Virus record (IMG/VR): IMGVR_UViG_3300025715_000017
Span: 1-64,000 of that record
DNA: 64,000 nucleotides
Origin: a virus
Taxonomy: Duplodnaviria > Caudoviricetes
Strand: one strand, 5' to 3'
The translations under genes were made by a program, and so were the position numbers. Positions 1 through 9,166 of the stretch are shown in pieces. How positions within the stretch are numbered: the first letter of the stretch is position 1; every line of letters starts with the position of its first letter. Below the pieces are notes generated by a model. It had not been told where the DNA came from. It ran no database searches and saw nothing but the letters and a program-made list of their open reading frames with translations.

Positions 1-126
1 AAAAAAGAATAAGAGAAAAGGAAGACCAAATAGCACCGAAAGATGCTACCCGCACTTCCCGCATTTCTCACACCAGAAAACGTATACTATTCACACTATT
101 CCATATAAGTTACAAAATGTCGCGCA

Positions 127-276
127 ATTCAAAAAGTGAACAAAGACCGAAGGTTGCGTAAGATACCACCACCGTTCTTACTTCTCACAGGATATTCTCA
201 CACTACTCGCAGTATTCCAGACACAAGTTGCATCATTCACAACATTCAAAAAGTGAACAACAGACACAAGTTGCAT
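127..276. repeat. Two pairs of perfect direct repeats upstream of the terminase genes
   Basis: ATTCAAAAAGTGAACAA (17 bp) at 127-143 and 244-260; CAGACACAAGTTGCAT (16 bp) at 218-233 and 261-276. The region is non-coding on the + strand. Confidence 0.85.
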
Positions 277-383
277 AATTACCCCAACCAAAAAAAGGGG
301 TTTCACGAGTATTAGCACTTTCAGTGGTGTAACCAATTTTTTACGCAACTTAGGGTGTCGCAAAGTTGCATATTTCACGTGTA

Positions 384-938
384 ATGGGTGAAGGAAGAAA
401 TATAAGATCAAAATGTAGCAACTTTGAGGCACTTCACGTGCAAAACAACACTGATTACAAAAACTTACCCCAAAGGGCAACCGGAGATCAAAAAAGGTGC
501 AAATGCGCCGGTTGCGACTTCAGAGCGGTAGCTGAATCAGATTTCTGCGCCATGCATAAGCCTGAGAAGTTATACGACTTCACGAGGGTGAAAATAGCCA
601 ATCGTTTGGATGCCATTAGGAAGCATCCTGATTCCCGTAATTTGGAAATTGAATTGGCTCTGATCCGACATCTCCTTGAGAAAATTGTCAACACATGCCA
701 AGAAGATACCGATTATTTGCGTTTCAGTGGTCAAATTATGCAAATGGTAGACAAAATTTCCCAGCTACTCAAAACCAATATCCAAGTTGGCCAGATCACA
801 CACCAATTATTAAGTATTGAAGAGGTTGTCAACATTGCCCAGCAAATTGTGGGTATAGTTGGAGATTATTTGGATATTGACACGCTACAAAAAGTATCTG
901 ATCGCGTGGAAGAGGTATTAATGGGAGCGTATGAATGA
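384..938 (+). CDS. Probable terminase small subunit
   Basis: Lies directly upstream of TerL with an ATGA overlap. Has an N-terminal Cys/His cluster (RCKCAGC...FCAMH) followed by a helical region. ATG 384 is preferred over the track's TTG 366. Confidence 0.6.
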   Translation: MGEGRNIRSKCSNFEALHVQNNTDYKNLPQRATGDQKRCKCAGCDFRAVAESDFCAMHKPEKLYDFTRVKIANRLDAIRKHPDSRNLEIELALIRHLLEKIVNTCQEDTDYLRFSGQIMQMVDKISQLLKTNIQVGQITHQLLSIEEVVNIAQQIVGIVGDYLDIDTLQKVSDRVEEVLMGAYE

Positions 939-2533
939 ATAACCTTAATAAGGCTAAGCAAGCCATGATTACAGCCATACTGGGTGGGTTAGCTTCACGC
1001 AGAGCTACCAAACCTAGTGTATGGGCTACTACCTATAGAGTCATGGGCAAACCGTTCCCTGGCCCCTTCACTTTCGATTATCATCCTTGGACAGAAGACA
1101 TGTTGGATGATGATTCGGAAGAGTGTGTAGGACAAAAAGCAGCGCAAATGGGCTTCACGGAGTCGGTCGGGATCAATCGAGCATTTTTTACGATTGATCG
1201 TCTCCAACAAGATGTCCTATATGTACTCCCCACGAAGACCCCTGACGCAACGGATTTTTCGTCGGGCCGCTTTGATCCGGCCTTGGAGCGTTCACCCTAC
1301 CTGACTCAACTATTCACGAACGTCAATAACGTGTCGTTGAAGCGAGCGGGAGCGAACAGTCTGTACGTCAGGGGTTCCAGAGCAAGGAATGCATTGAAAT
1401 CCCTACCTGTAGGGTTAATTATATTAGACGAGGAGGACGAGTTTGACCAAGAGGCCATTATTCTCGTCCGTGAGCGTATTTCGGGGCAAGTGGAAGGGGC
1501 ACGACAGATTTGGCATATCTCCACTCCTAGCATTCCTGGACATGGCGTCAACGTCACTTTCGAGCGCAGCAGCAAAGCCAATTTCTTCTTCCCTTGCCCT
1601 CATTGCACTAGACATATTCGTCTGGTATATCCCGATTCCTTTACCGAGGCGGGTTATATTTGTACGGATTGCAAGCAAGTCATTACTGACGAAGAGAAAA
1701 TGCCTGCAATTCGGCAGGGTGAATGGGTACATGCCAATCCTTCCAAGATTCATGGTTATCAAGTGAATCAGATGTATTCGCCAGTGATCTCCCACACCAA
1801 ATTCGCCGAATCTGTGGCCCTGAGTCAGACAAATGCCGCGGAAGAACAGGAATTTCACAATTCCAAGTTAGGCGAAGCACACATTGTGTCTGGTTATAAT
1901 GTGACGCCCAATCATATCGAAGCTTGCATGAAACCCTATAAGATGCGTGAGAATATTGGCGGACTCATGACTATGGGAATTGACGTGGGCGGTCAATTGC
2001 ATGTGGAAGTTGACCAGTGGCATGAATACAAACAAGACTCCATAGATATTAACGACAACATGTATCCGAAACTGCTTTTCGCAGGAACGGCGAAGACTTT
2101 CGAGGATATTGATAATTTCATTTACCTTTTCAGGCCCGCGATGGTAATTATTGATGAGCAGCCGGATACGAGAGCTGCCTTGACTCTGGCACAAAGGTAC
2201 CCTGGGAGGGTTAAATTATGTCATTATGGCGGCCAGTTGAATATAACCACCTACGAAGATCGGGTTTCCGTGAATCGCACGGCTTGGCTAGACCGATCTT
2301 TGGGTAGGATCATTAATCAAGTCATGGATCTGCCGATGGATACACCGGAAGAGTGGAAACAACATACGCAGCATCTCGTGCGTAGGCCAATGAAAGATGC
2401 AAACGGCAATATTTTCCACCAGTATGTGAAAACTGGGGATGACCATTACGCCCATGCAAGGAATTATGCGGAAATTGCCTTGGCTTGCCTAGAAATAGGT
2501 GGAAATCAGCCAATTACGGAGCGAAAAACATGA
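935..2533 (+). CDS. terL: Terminase large subunit, lambda GpA-like
   Basis: GpA-type Walker A (GQKAAQMGFTE), Walker B (LIILDEED), ISTP motif III, CPHC...CTDC zinc ribbon and nuclease motif GIDVG. Confidence 0.9.
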   Translation: MNNLNKAKQAMITAILGGLASRRATKPSVWATTYRVMGKPFPGPFTFDYHPWTEDMLDDDSEECVGQKAAQMGFTESVGINRAFFTIDRLQQDVLYVLPTKTPDATDFSSGRFDPALERSPYLTQLFTNVNNVSLKRAGANSLYVRGSRARNALKSLPVGLIILDEEDEFDQEAIILVRERISGQVEGARQIWHISTPSIPGHGVNVTFERSSKANFFFPCPHCTRHIRLVYPDSFTEAGYICTDCKQVITDEEKMPAIRQGEWVHANPSKIHGYQVNQMYSPVISHTKFAESVALSQTNAAEEQEFHNSKLGEAHIVSGYNVTPNHIEACMKPYKMRENIGGLMTMGIDVGGQLHVEVDQWHEYKQDSIDINDNMYPKLLFAGTAKTFEDIDNFIYLFRPAMVIIDEQPDTRAALTLAQRYPGRVKLCHYGGQLNITTYEDRVSVNRTAWLDRSLGRIINQVMDLPMDTPEEWKQHTQHLVRRPMKDANGNIFHQYVKTGDDHYAHARNYAEIALACLEIGGNQPITERKT

Positions 2534-4152
2534 CGATTTGCCATCCCACATATGATTCCACCGCGCTGACGAAATATCGGCTCACATATTCTGATCCAAC
2601 GCAATTCATGTCCACATATCTTTACCAGCGGTATAACGAAGAAGATGCGGCATGGATGGATAGGCAACGTTTGAAACACAACCCGGCCTTCGCAAGGGAA
2701 GCTGTAGATGAATTCGCGCGTGCATTGGTACAAAGAAGCAGTGAAATCAAGCGGATCGGCGGGCACCCACTGTACCAACGTCTCGTGGAAGGGCTAGAAG
2801 GCGGGGTAGACCGTCAAGGTAATTCCATGAATGCCTTCCTTTCCAAATATATCGTTGGCGAACTCATGGCTATGGGGTCAGTAGGGATATATGTGGATAA
2901 TGACCCATATACGCCGAGTACGCTAGTGCAAGAGTCAAAGCCTTATATTTATTCATATATTGCCGAGGATATTTTGAACTGGCATTACCAAGATGGTGAA
3001 CTCATGGCAATCCTGTTACGAGATCATGTGGAAAAAATAGAAAATGGCTTACCGACAGGATATGAGTGGAACTATCGTAAGATTTTGAAAACGGAAGATG
3101 GCATATTTGTGCAAATCCTAGACGAAAGTGAGGTAGTCAAATCGGAATATTACTTGGCGCTTCCACATATACCATTCGTGCGGTTGCATATCCCCTATAG
3201 TCTATTGCGAGATACAGCGGATTATCAAATCACGTTACTGAACATCAGATCTGCTTCCATTTACCTAACTTGGTCAGGAAACTTCCCATTATATACCGAG
3301 CAATATGATCCACATGCGGAATTCGCTAGACGCACTGATCCAGAAGATACGAAAACCAAGATAGGTACACTTACCGGTGTCCGTTATCCGAAAAATACGG
3401 AACGGCCAGAATGGATACATCCCAGCTCTGAACCATTGAAAGTTACAATGGAGCAGGAAGAGAAGCTGAAACAAGAGATCAGGCAACTCACGGCTTTGGC
3501 TATAACAAATCTGTCTTCTCGATTAGTAAGCGCGGAATCGAAAGCAAAAGATCGCGAAGGTTTGGAGTCTGGCCTAAGCGTTATTGGCATGGCTCTACAA
3601 TCAGCGGAAAGCTTGGTGTCAATGTATTGGCATAATTACAAGAAAGCGAAACCCGCACAGATTCAATATCCGCGTAAATATGAGCTTCTTGGTGAAGAAG
3701 AGCGTAGAGCAAATGCCAAGGAACTTAATGATCTTCAGCACGCGGTTCCCAGTGTGACATTCCAAAAGGAAACAGCGAAAATTATAGCAAGCACACTGCA
3801 CGGGCATCGCGTGCCCTACGATACTCTGGTGAAAATGCATGAAGAAATTGATGCATCACCAGTTCCCACGGCGGATCCTGAGATTCTGAAATCAGATCAC
3901 GAGGCAGGTTTCGTTTCCGATGAGACGGCTTCAATTGGCCGTGGCTATAAAAAGGGTGAGGCCGCGAAAGCACGAAAAGACCATGCCGAACGCATCGCGC
4001 GTATACAAGCAGCACAATCTTCAGAGGGCGCTCGTGGTTTGAAAGATCTGGATACTAATCCTGGACAGTCCAGTGTGAATGAGAAAACTTTGGCACAAGA
4101 TCCAACGAAAACAGACGACGGATCAAAACCGGTACGAAAGGAGAACAAATGA
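2530..4152 (+). CDS. Portal protein
   Basis: Follows TerL with an ATGA overlap at 2530; 540 aa and mostly helical. Contains the portal-like segments 'SAESKAKDREGLESGLSVIG' and 'IQYPRKYEL'. Confidence 0.75.
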   Translation: MTICHPTYDSTALTKYRLTYSDPTQFMSTYLYQRYNEEDAAWMDRQRLKHNPAFAREAVDEFARALVQRSSEIKRIGGHPLYQRLVEGLEGGVDRQGNSMNAFLSKYIVGELMAMGSVGIYVDNDPYTPSTLVQESKPYIYSYIAEDILNWHYQDGELMAILLRDHVEKIENGLPTGYEWNYRKILKTEDGIFVQILDESEVVKSEYYLALPHIPFVRLHIPYSLLRDTADYQITLLNIRSASIYLTWSGNFPLYTEQYDPHAEFARRTDPEDTKTKIGTLTGVRYPKNTERPEWIHPSSEPLKVTMEQEEKLKQEIRQLTALAITNLSSRLVSAESKAKDREGLESGLSVIGMALQSAESLVSMYWHNYKKAKPAQIQYPRKYELLGEEERRANAKELNDLQHAVPSVTFQKETAKIIASTLHGHRVPYDTLVKMHEEIDASPVPTADPEILKSDHEAGFVSDETASIGRGYKKGEAAKARKDHAERIARIQAAQSSEGARGLKDLDTNPGQSSVNEKTLAQDPTKTDDGSKPVRKENK

Positions 4153-4295
4153 TACCTCCGCAGACAGAAACAAGTCCGCATTTGTATGTGGAAGCACCAC
4201 CGAAGGTGGAACCACCGAAGGAACCACCGAAGGTGGTGGAACCACCGAAGGTGGTGGAAGAAGATTGGGCAAATTTAATTGAGAAGGAAGAGTAA
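4149..4295 (+). CDS. 48-aa Pro-rich protein with EPPKV(V) tandem repeats (not in the ORF track)
   Basis: MIPPQTETSPHLYVEAPPKVEPPKEPPKVVEPPKVVEEDWANLIEKEE*. ATG overlaps the portal TGA, and the stop lies 2 nt before the next ATG. Confidence 0.55.
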   Translation: MIPPQTETSPHLYVEAPPKVEPPKEPPKVVEPPKVVEEDWANLIEKEE

Positions 4296-4297
4296 CT

Positions 4298-4885
4298 ATG
4301 GGATTAACCTCAAGTGGTACAGTAACTGGCCTTTCACGAATCTATGTAGATTCGCGCGCTGGTGGCGCAAATGCTGACGGTTCCGCAGATAAGCCTTTCG
4401 ATACTTTCGCGGAAGCTTTGGCAATTGTGCCCGATGTCTCTGATGAGGCATCTTTTAGTGCCATGCTATTGCGTATGCGTACAATTGTAATAGCTGGCAA
4501 TGTTGGAGACATTGAAGTTGATGTTCCGGTGATGATCGACAATACGTCTGGTATTATTGGCACCTTGACCTGCACTGCTCCGGTATTGCTTGTCGATGGT
4601 GGGTATATTACCACTTTGGGTGCGACAGATGCAGAACATTTGCGTGTCCAGAATGCCGAGATCACTACGGTAACACTGGAAGATTGTGCCGCAGCGTTTA
4701 TTGGTTGTAGCATCACCACGCTTACGCCTTCTGGTGCGGGTGAGTTGCAGCTTATTAATTCAGTGGTTATAGGTGAGATCACTATACCAGCGGAATACAC
4801 GGCCACGGCGATGAGTTCGGTGTTACTTGGTGGCGTTGATGGAAGTATTACGGATTACAACAGTGGAGTACACATGGGCACATGA
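4298..4885 (+). CDS. Putative head-associated protein (DUF1565-like motif plus short beta-helix-like region)
   Basis: IYVDSRAGGANADGSADKPFDTFAEAL matches the YVD..G.D...GS...PF.TI..AL motif. The rest is rich in I/T/L beta-strand repeats, and the gene sits in the head cluster. Confidence 0.5.
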   Translation: MGLTSSGTVTGLSRIYVDSRAGGANADGSADKPFDTFAEALAIVPDVSDEASFSAMLLRMRTIVIAGNVGDIEVDVPVMIDNTSGIIGTLTCTAPVLLVDGGYITTLGATDAEHLRVQNAEITTVTLEDCAAAFIGCSITTLTPSGAGELQLINSVVIGEITIPAEYTATAMSSVLLGGVDGSITDYNSGVHMGT

Positions 4886-5268
4886 TGATAGAAATGGAAG
4901 AATATGTGGCTTGGCATCTTAAAAAGCGTGTGTGGGATCGCTGCACCGATCAAGAAGTATGCCTAGCCACAGCCCAACGTGTATTGAACAGATTACCATT
5001 GAAAGCAGAATTACCTGATCCTTTAACACAAGATTTCAAAGAAGCAATATTCGAGATGGCATTAGCATTTGCAGATGGTGTAGATACTGATAAAGAGTAT
5101 AGATTATTGTCACGAACAACTCAGGGGTATGGCCCACTGAGGCAACAAAAAAACACTGCTATGGTTGAAGAATATCTGGCTTTGGGTATCCCGTGTTATG
5201 AAGCATGGCGTATCCTTTCACCTTATATGCAGACCCATAGGCAAGTGGACTTGGAGAGAGTATCATGA
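4882..5268 (+). CDS. Putative head-tail connector/adaptor
   Basis: 128-aa helical protein with the 'W...D...L.TA...L.RL...K.A..E.ALA' pattern of phage connectors. ATGA overlaps on both sides. Confidence 0.5.
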   Translation: MMIEMEEYVAWHLKKRVWDRCTDQEVCLATAQRVLNRLPLKAELPDPLTQDFKEAIFEMALAFADGVDTDKEYRLLSRTTQGYGPLRQQKNTAMVEEYLALGIPCYEAWRILSPYMQTHRQVDLERVS

Positions 5269-6104
5269 AATTAGGCCGGAAAATGTACAAGATGTACAAG
5301 ATGTATCCTATCATTGGGGATAAGAACAATGAGTCAGCGAGTGAGAAAAAAGAAGTTACCACATCCGTGGCCATTAAAAAAGATGAAAAAACCGGACACA
5401 CTTATTATGAGCTTGATGGTGGTGTTCGCTTATTCACGCAAGAACATTTGAATAAGGAAATCGGGCAAGCTCGTGTGAAAGCGTCCGAGGCTAATAAGAC
5501 TCTGATCCAGCAGTTGGAAGAGTTGCAGCAGAAAGCTACAACTACCGAAGCGGTGAAAGAGGAATTGGAACAGCAAATTCAGTCTCTGAAAAGTAAAACC
5601 ATGACTCAAGAAGAGCAAATGGCACAGAAAATCAAGGATCTTGAAAACAATCTGAAGATGACGCAAGAGAATTTAACGAAAGAACGGGATATTGCCCAAT
5701 CGCGGTGGCAAGAAGAGCGTATTACTAATGCGCTTCAGCTTGCTGCATTGGATCATCCTGTATTTTCTTTCGAGCAAATTTTCAGCATCATCCGCCCCAA
5801 AACTCGGCTGAAAGAGGTTGTTGATGAAGACGGTAAACCTACTGGAGAGCATGAGGTTATGGTAACCTTGGACGTACCTGACGACAAGGGTGTTGTTACT
5901 GTCAAAGAATTAGCCCCTACACAGGCTTTGGAAACTATGAAAGGTATGAAGAATAGATATGCAAACCTTTTCATTAACCAAGAAGTACCTGGTGTTGGTG
6001 GGACTAATAATCCTCGCAAACAAGGTGCATCTGACGTCCCTGGTCCAGAAGATCTGGTGTCTCAAGAGGCGTATAATGCATGGAAAAAACGACAAGGAAA
6101 GTAA
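5265..6104 (+). CDS. Capsid scaffolding protein
   Basis: Long E/Q/K coiled coil immediately upstream of the MCP, ending in the typical scaffold tail (..SQEAYNAWKKRQGK). Confidence 0.7.
   Translation: MKLGRKMYKMYKMYPIIGDKNNESASEKKEVTTSVAIKKDEKTGHTYYELDGGVRLFTQEHLNKEIGQARVKASEANKTLIQQLEELQQKATTTEAVKEELEQQIQSLKSKTMTQEEQMAQKIKDLENNLKMTQENLTKERDIAQSRWQEERITNALQLAALDHPVFSFEQIFSIIRPKTRLKEVVDEDGKPTGEHEVMVTLDVPDDKGVVTVKELAPTQALETMKGMKNRYANLFINQEVPGVGGTNNPRKQGASDVPGPEDLVSQEAYNAWKKRQGK
5283..5306 (+). repeat. ATGTACAAG tandem repeat (MYK-MYK-MY) in the scaffold leader
   Basis: ATGTACAAG ATGTACAAG ATGTAT, read directly. It creates three extra in-frame ATGs. Confidence 0.9.
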
Positions 6105-6107
6105 TTT

Positions 6108-7481
6108 ATGAAAGTATATCCTTTGATTGGAGACATTGACGCGCTTGTACCGGAATGGTGGGCACGTGAAGCTCTTGCGTACATGGAAGCAAAAAAGGTT
6201 CTGCTTGGCCGAGTTAATCGCGATTATGACAAGTATTTTGCAGTCGCGGGTGAAACGGTGAATGTACATCATGAGCTTGGTTTTACGGCGAAACGTAAAT
6301 TTCAGGGCCAGTCTGTTGTGAAGCAGCAGCCCCAAGCAACTGGCGACACTGTTGTGCTGAATCAGCACTTGCATGTTACCATTGAGATTGATGATCGCGA
6401 TCAGCAACGGGCGCAGCAAGACCTTATTGCCAAGTATGCGCCGCGTGGTGCGGAAGCGATGGTTAGTGCAATGGAGCAGGTCATTACTGGTGAAGTTTAC
6501 AATTTCGTGGCGCAGTCTGCTGGTGCTGTTGGTATTACGGCAGCGAATGTTGATGCTGGTGTCATGAATCTTCGTGAATTTTTTCAGCGTGAAAATACCG
6601 GTTCTTCGCGGTTGATCTCAGTTGGCGCGGCCACTGACAAATTGCTGCAGAACGTGGATCGGTATATTTCTGCATCGGAAATTCAGGATTCCATAGCTCA
6701 AGGCTCTATTCGTAATGGCCTTTTGGGGCGCCTGCGTGGCTTCGATGTGTACGAAAGTTCCTTCACACCGGAAATCCCCGCAACACAAACGACTGTTGAT
6801 GGTGCTGTGAATAATGGCGCAGGGTACATTGCTGGACAGACGACGTTGACGGTGGATGGTTTTGCTGGCGCATTGACCAACGGCTCTTGGTGTCTTATTG
6901 AGGGCGAAATGCTACCTCACAGGATCAGCACTGCAACTGGTACGCCTTGTACGCAAATTGTCATTACTCCGGCGCTACGTGCTCCCGTTGCTGATGACGC
7001 AGTTATCACGGTCATGGAAGCTGGTACGGTGGATCATCCTGATGGTGTTGGCGAATCGTATGCTGCACAGTATGGCGATGTCATTCAGGTTACTGGTTTC
7101 ACGGATATGCCTATTAGTGGCCAGGGTATCACGTTTGGTAATTCCAATACGGGATACATGGTTACGGATGTCGATGAGGGTGATAGCACAATCCTGTTGA
7201 ACCGCCCGTTGGATGAAGCCGTGGCTCATGGCGCAACTATTGCATTGATGCCTTATGGTAACTACAATTTGGCAATAGTCCCCGAAGCTATTACGTTTGT
7301 AAACCGTCCTATGGCAACCCCGCAGTTTAGTGTTCGTTCAGGTTTCGCAGCTGCTGATGGCTTGTCACTGCGTGTGACCTTTGCGTATGACGCAAATTAC
7401 ATGGTGACCACGGTGACGTTTGATACGTTGTGTGCGGTGAAGACTCTTGACACTCGCTATGGTGGTGTGTTTGTATCATAA
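6108..7481 (+). CDS. Major capsid protein, P22 coat-like HK97 fold, with an internal tandem beta-domain insertion
   Basis: 'VPEWWAREAL..M...VL...VNRDY....AGETVNV', 'IRNGLLGRLRGFDVYES' and C-terminal 'LAI.PEAITFVNRPM...FDTLCAVKTL'. Follows the scaffold gene. Confidence 0.85.
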   Translation: MKVYPLIGDIDALVPEWWAREALAYMEAKKVLLGRVNRDYDKYFAVAGETVNVHHELGFTAKRKFQGQSVVKQQPQATGDTVVLNQHLHVTIEIDDRDQQRAQQDLIAKYAPRGAEAMVSAMEQVITGEVYNFVAQSAGAVGITAANVDAGVMNLREFFQRENTGSSRLISVGAATDKLLQNVDRYISASEIQDSIAQGSIRNGLLGRLRGFDVYESSFTPEIPATQTTVDGAVNNGAGYIAGQTTLTVDGFAGALTNGSWCLIEGEMLPHRISTATGTPCTQIVITPALRAPVADDAVITVMEAGTVDHPDGVGESYAAQYGDVIQVTGFTDMPISGQGITFGNSNTGYMVTDVDEGDSTILLNRPLDEAVAHGATIALMPYGNYNLAIVPEAITFVNRPMATPQFSVRSGFAAADGLSLRVTFAYDANYMVTTVTFDTLCAVKTLDTRYGGVFVS

Positions 7482-7493
7482 GGAAACAAGTGT

Positions 7494-7859
7494 ATGATTA
7501 CAATGAATGCAAAAACTGGCGTCCCTCTTGCGCCGTTAGACTGGACTCCGCTTAATATTGCGGAGGGTCTGACGATCATAAACGAGGGTGCTAGTGTGCG
7601 CACTGCGGGGAAAGTCGCAGTGATCTTTGCCAATACCGATGACTATGGTGGCATAGATCTCACGATTACCGTGGCAGTGACTGCACAGCTTTCGGAAAGC
7701 GGTGAATCTCTTGACGCTATTCCTGTAACGGCTACTGTGGCGCCTGAAGAAATGGTGATTTTAGGCCCATTTGGCCGTGAACATGAAGGCTCCGAGAACA
7801 TACTAACTTTCACTTTTACCGGAGAGGAGGGCAGTTACTATGCGTTCTATACCCGTTAA
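7494..7859 (+). CDS. Putative capsid decoration protein, paralog 1
   Basis: 121-aa beta-rich protein after the MCP. Shares GK..V.F.NTD...DL..T..VTA...GPF...E...F.FTG with the next gene. Confidence 0.5.
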   Translation: MITMNAKTGVPLAPLDWTPLNIAEGLTIINEGASVRTAGKVAVIFANTDDYGGIDLTITVAVTAQLSESGESLDAIPVTATVAPEEMVILGPFGREHEGSENILTFTFTGEEGSYYAFYTR

Positions 7860-8220
7860 AAAGTACCCAGTTATTGGTGATCGAACGGAAATACCACAGC
7901 CAGATGCAATTAGCCCCTTGGAAGGGTTAAATGTCAATATGGAGACTGATGTTGATCTCGTGAATGGCATGACTATGACCAATTCGCGCGGTAAACAGAT
8001 TGTGCTATTCCAGAATACTGACGAATCTGTCGATTTGGTGGTGACACCTAATGTTACTGCCACAGTTTATACTTATGCTGTTGAAAGTGTGCCTATCACA
8101 ATCGGCCCCGGTAAAGTTTGGGCAATTGGGCCATTTTCTGCGAATTTCGAGGAAAGTGGTGAAGTTACTTTTGACTTCACTGGAGTATCAGGAATATGCC
8201 AAGCGATACGATTACCCTAA
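7840..8220 (+). CDS. Putative capsid decoration protein, paralog 2
   Basis: GGAGG ribosome-binding site at 7826-7830, 9 nt before the ATG. Paralogous to 7494-7859. Confidence 0.5.
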   Translation: MRSIPVKKYPVIGDRTEIPQPDAISPLEGLNVNMETDVDLVNGMTMTNSRGKQIVLFQNTDESVDLVVTPNVTATVYTYAVESVPITIGPGKVWAIGPFSANFEESGEVTFDFTGVSGICQAIRLP

Positions 8221-8429
8221 TTAGTATCATCCAGGACTATGGCCCTGCTATTGCTGCAATTGCATTCTTTTTATGGCGGGACTGGCGACGTGAAGAACGA
8301 ACAAGTATTCAGAACGATAGTTTGAACATTTTCATCCGTGAGCGCCTTACGGAAACGCTGGAAGAGAATACCCGTGTAATTACGGAAATGATTAATAATT
8401 GCAGAAAAAAAGGGAATAAGGATGAGTGA
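8196..8429 (+). CDS. Small single-pass membrane protein, holin-like (BhlA/UviB type)
   Basis: N-terminal hydrophobic helix (YGPAIAAIAFFLW) followed by a coiled coil ending 'ENTRVITEM'. Confidence 0.45.
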   Translation: MPSDTITLISIIQDYGPAIAAIAFFLWRDWRREERTSIQNDSLNIFIRERLTETLEENTRVITEMINNCRKKGNKDE

Positions 8430-8778
8430 TTTTATTTACTGGCTATTACGTGAGTATGGTGCATACGGGACAATAACCCATATAAATTCGACAACGCTTG
8501 ATCTTGAAACTGGCATGGAAACGCTGGATCAAGAAGAGCATGAAGAAAAGATGGCTCTATTGCCTGTATCCTTTATTTCAACGTATAGCAAGCAAGTAAG
8601 ATCCAGTGCTGATTATGGTAATCTGTATGCGCAAGGCAACAGCATAGTAGTTTTGCAGACGCCTAGTTTTGAGATACATGTAGATGATGTGGTGACTGTC
8701 GGTACATTGACTTTCAAAGTCAAGGAGTTGACACCTTACCCATTAGAAGATGCTTATGAATTGGTGGTACGGGCATGA
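8422..8778 (+). CDS. Putative head-closure protein
   Basis: 118 aa in the neck position, with the beta-barrel-like pattern 'DDVVTVG..TFKVKELTPY....YELVVR'. Confidence 0.5.
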   Translation: MSDFIYWLLREYGAYGTITHINSTTLDLETGMETLDQEEHEEKMALLPVSFISTYSKQVRSSADYGNLYAQGNSIVVLQTPSFEIHVDDVVTVGTLTFKVKELTPYPLEDAYELVVRA

Positions 8779-9164
8779 AAGATTTATTACAAGCGGTTTA
8801 TAATCACTATACGTTGGATGGCATGCAGACTTATTATGAAGGTCAAGCGAAACCAACTGATGTGACGACTCATCGCTGCGAAATTCATCTATTCGGCCCG
8901 TTCACCAATTACATAGGCCGCTCAGGCTATATGACTTGGAAGGTGTATTTGTACTTGACTTTGAAACTTGGATCAGGGGTGTATAACTGGTCTGACATTG
9001 TTGATAGGTACATTGCACAAGCACACAAGACTCTTGTATTTCGAGATGATGATGGCAACCCCGTTGATTGTTCCGCACTCGATAGGATCAAAGTCGTATA
9101 TCATGGTGCTACCGAGTTTTTAGAGTATTGTCAAATTGCAATTGAGTATCAAAAGGAGATTTAA
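8775..9164 (+). CDS. Putative tail terminator/completion protein
   Basis: 129 aa directly before the tail tube gene; ATGA overlap with the upstream gene. Confidence 0.45.
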   Translation: MKDLLQAVYNHYTLDGMQTYYEGQAKPTDVTTHRCEIHLFGPFTNYIGRSGYMTWKVYLYLTLKLGSGVYNWSDIVDRYIAQAHKTLVFRDDDGNPVDCSALDRIKVVYHGATEFLEYCQIAIEYQKEI

Positions 9165-9166
9165 GT

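Noticed and set aside
86-97. ACTATTCACACT shared with 57186-57197
   Set aside because: A single 12-mer match is expected by chance in 64 kb of AT-rich DNA. Both copies are intergenic, but that alone is not enough.
178-480. Minus-strand 100-aa ORF and the many short antisense or alternate-frame ORFs inside long genes
   Set aside because: They are shadows of well-supported genes, with no RBS, motifs or operon fit.
4079-4282. Track ORF with GTTEGG repeats
   Set aside because: It overlaps the portal 3' end by 74 nt. The 4149-4295 frame has an ATGA-coupled start and abuts the next gene, so it is the better reading.
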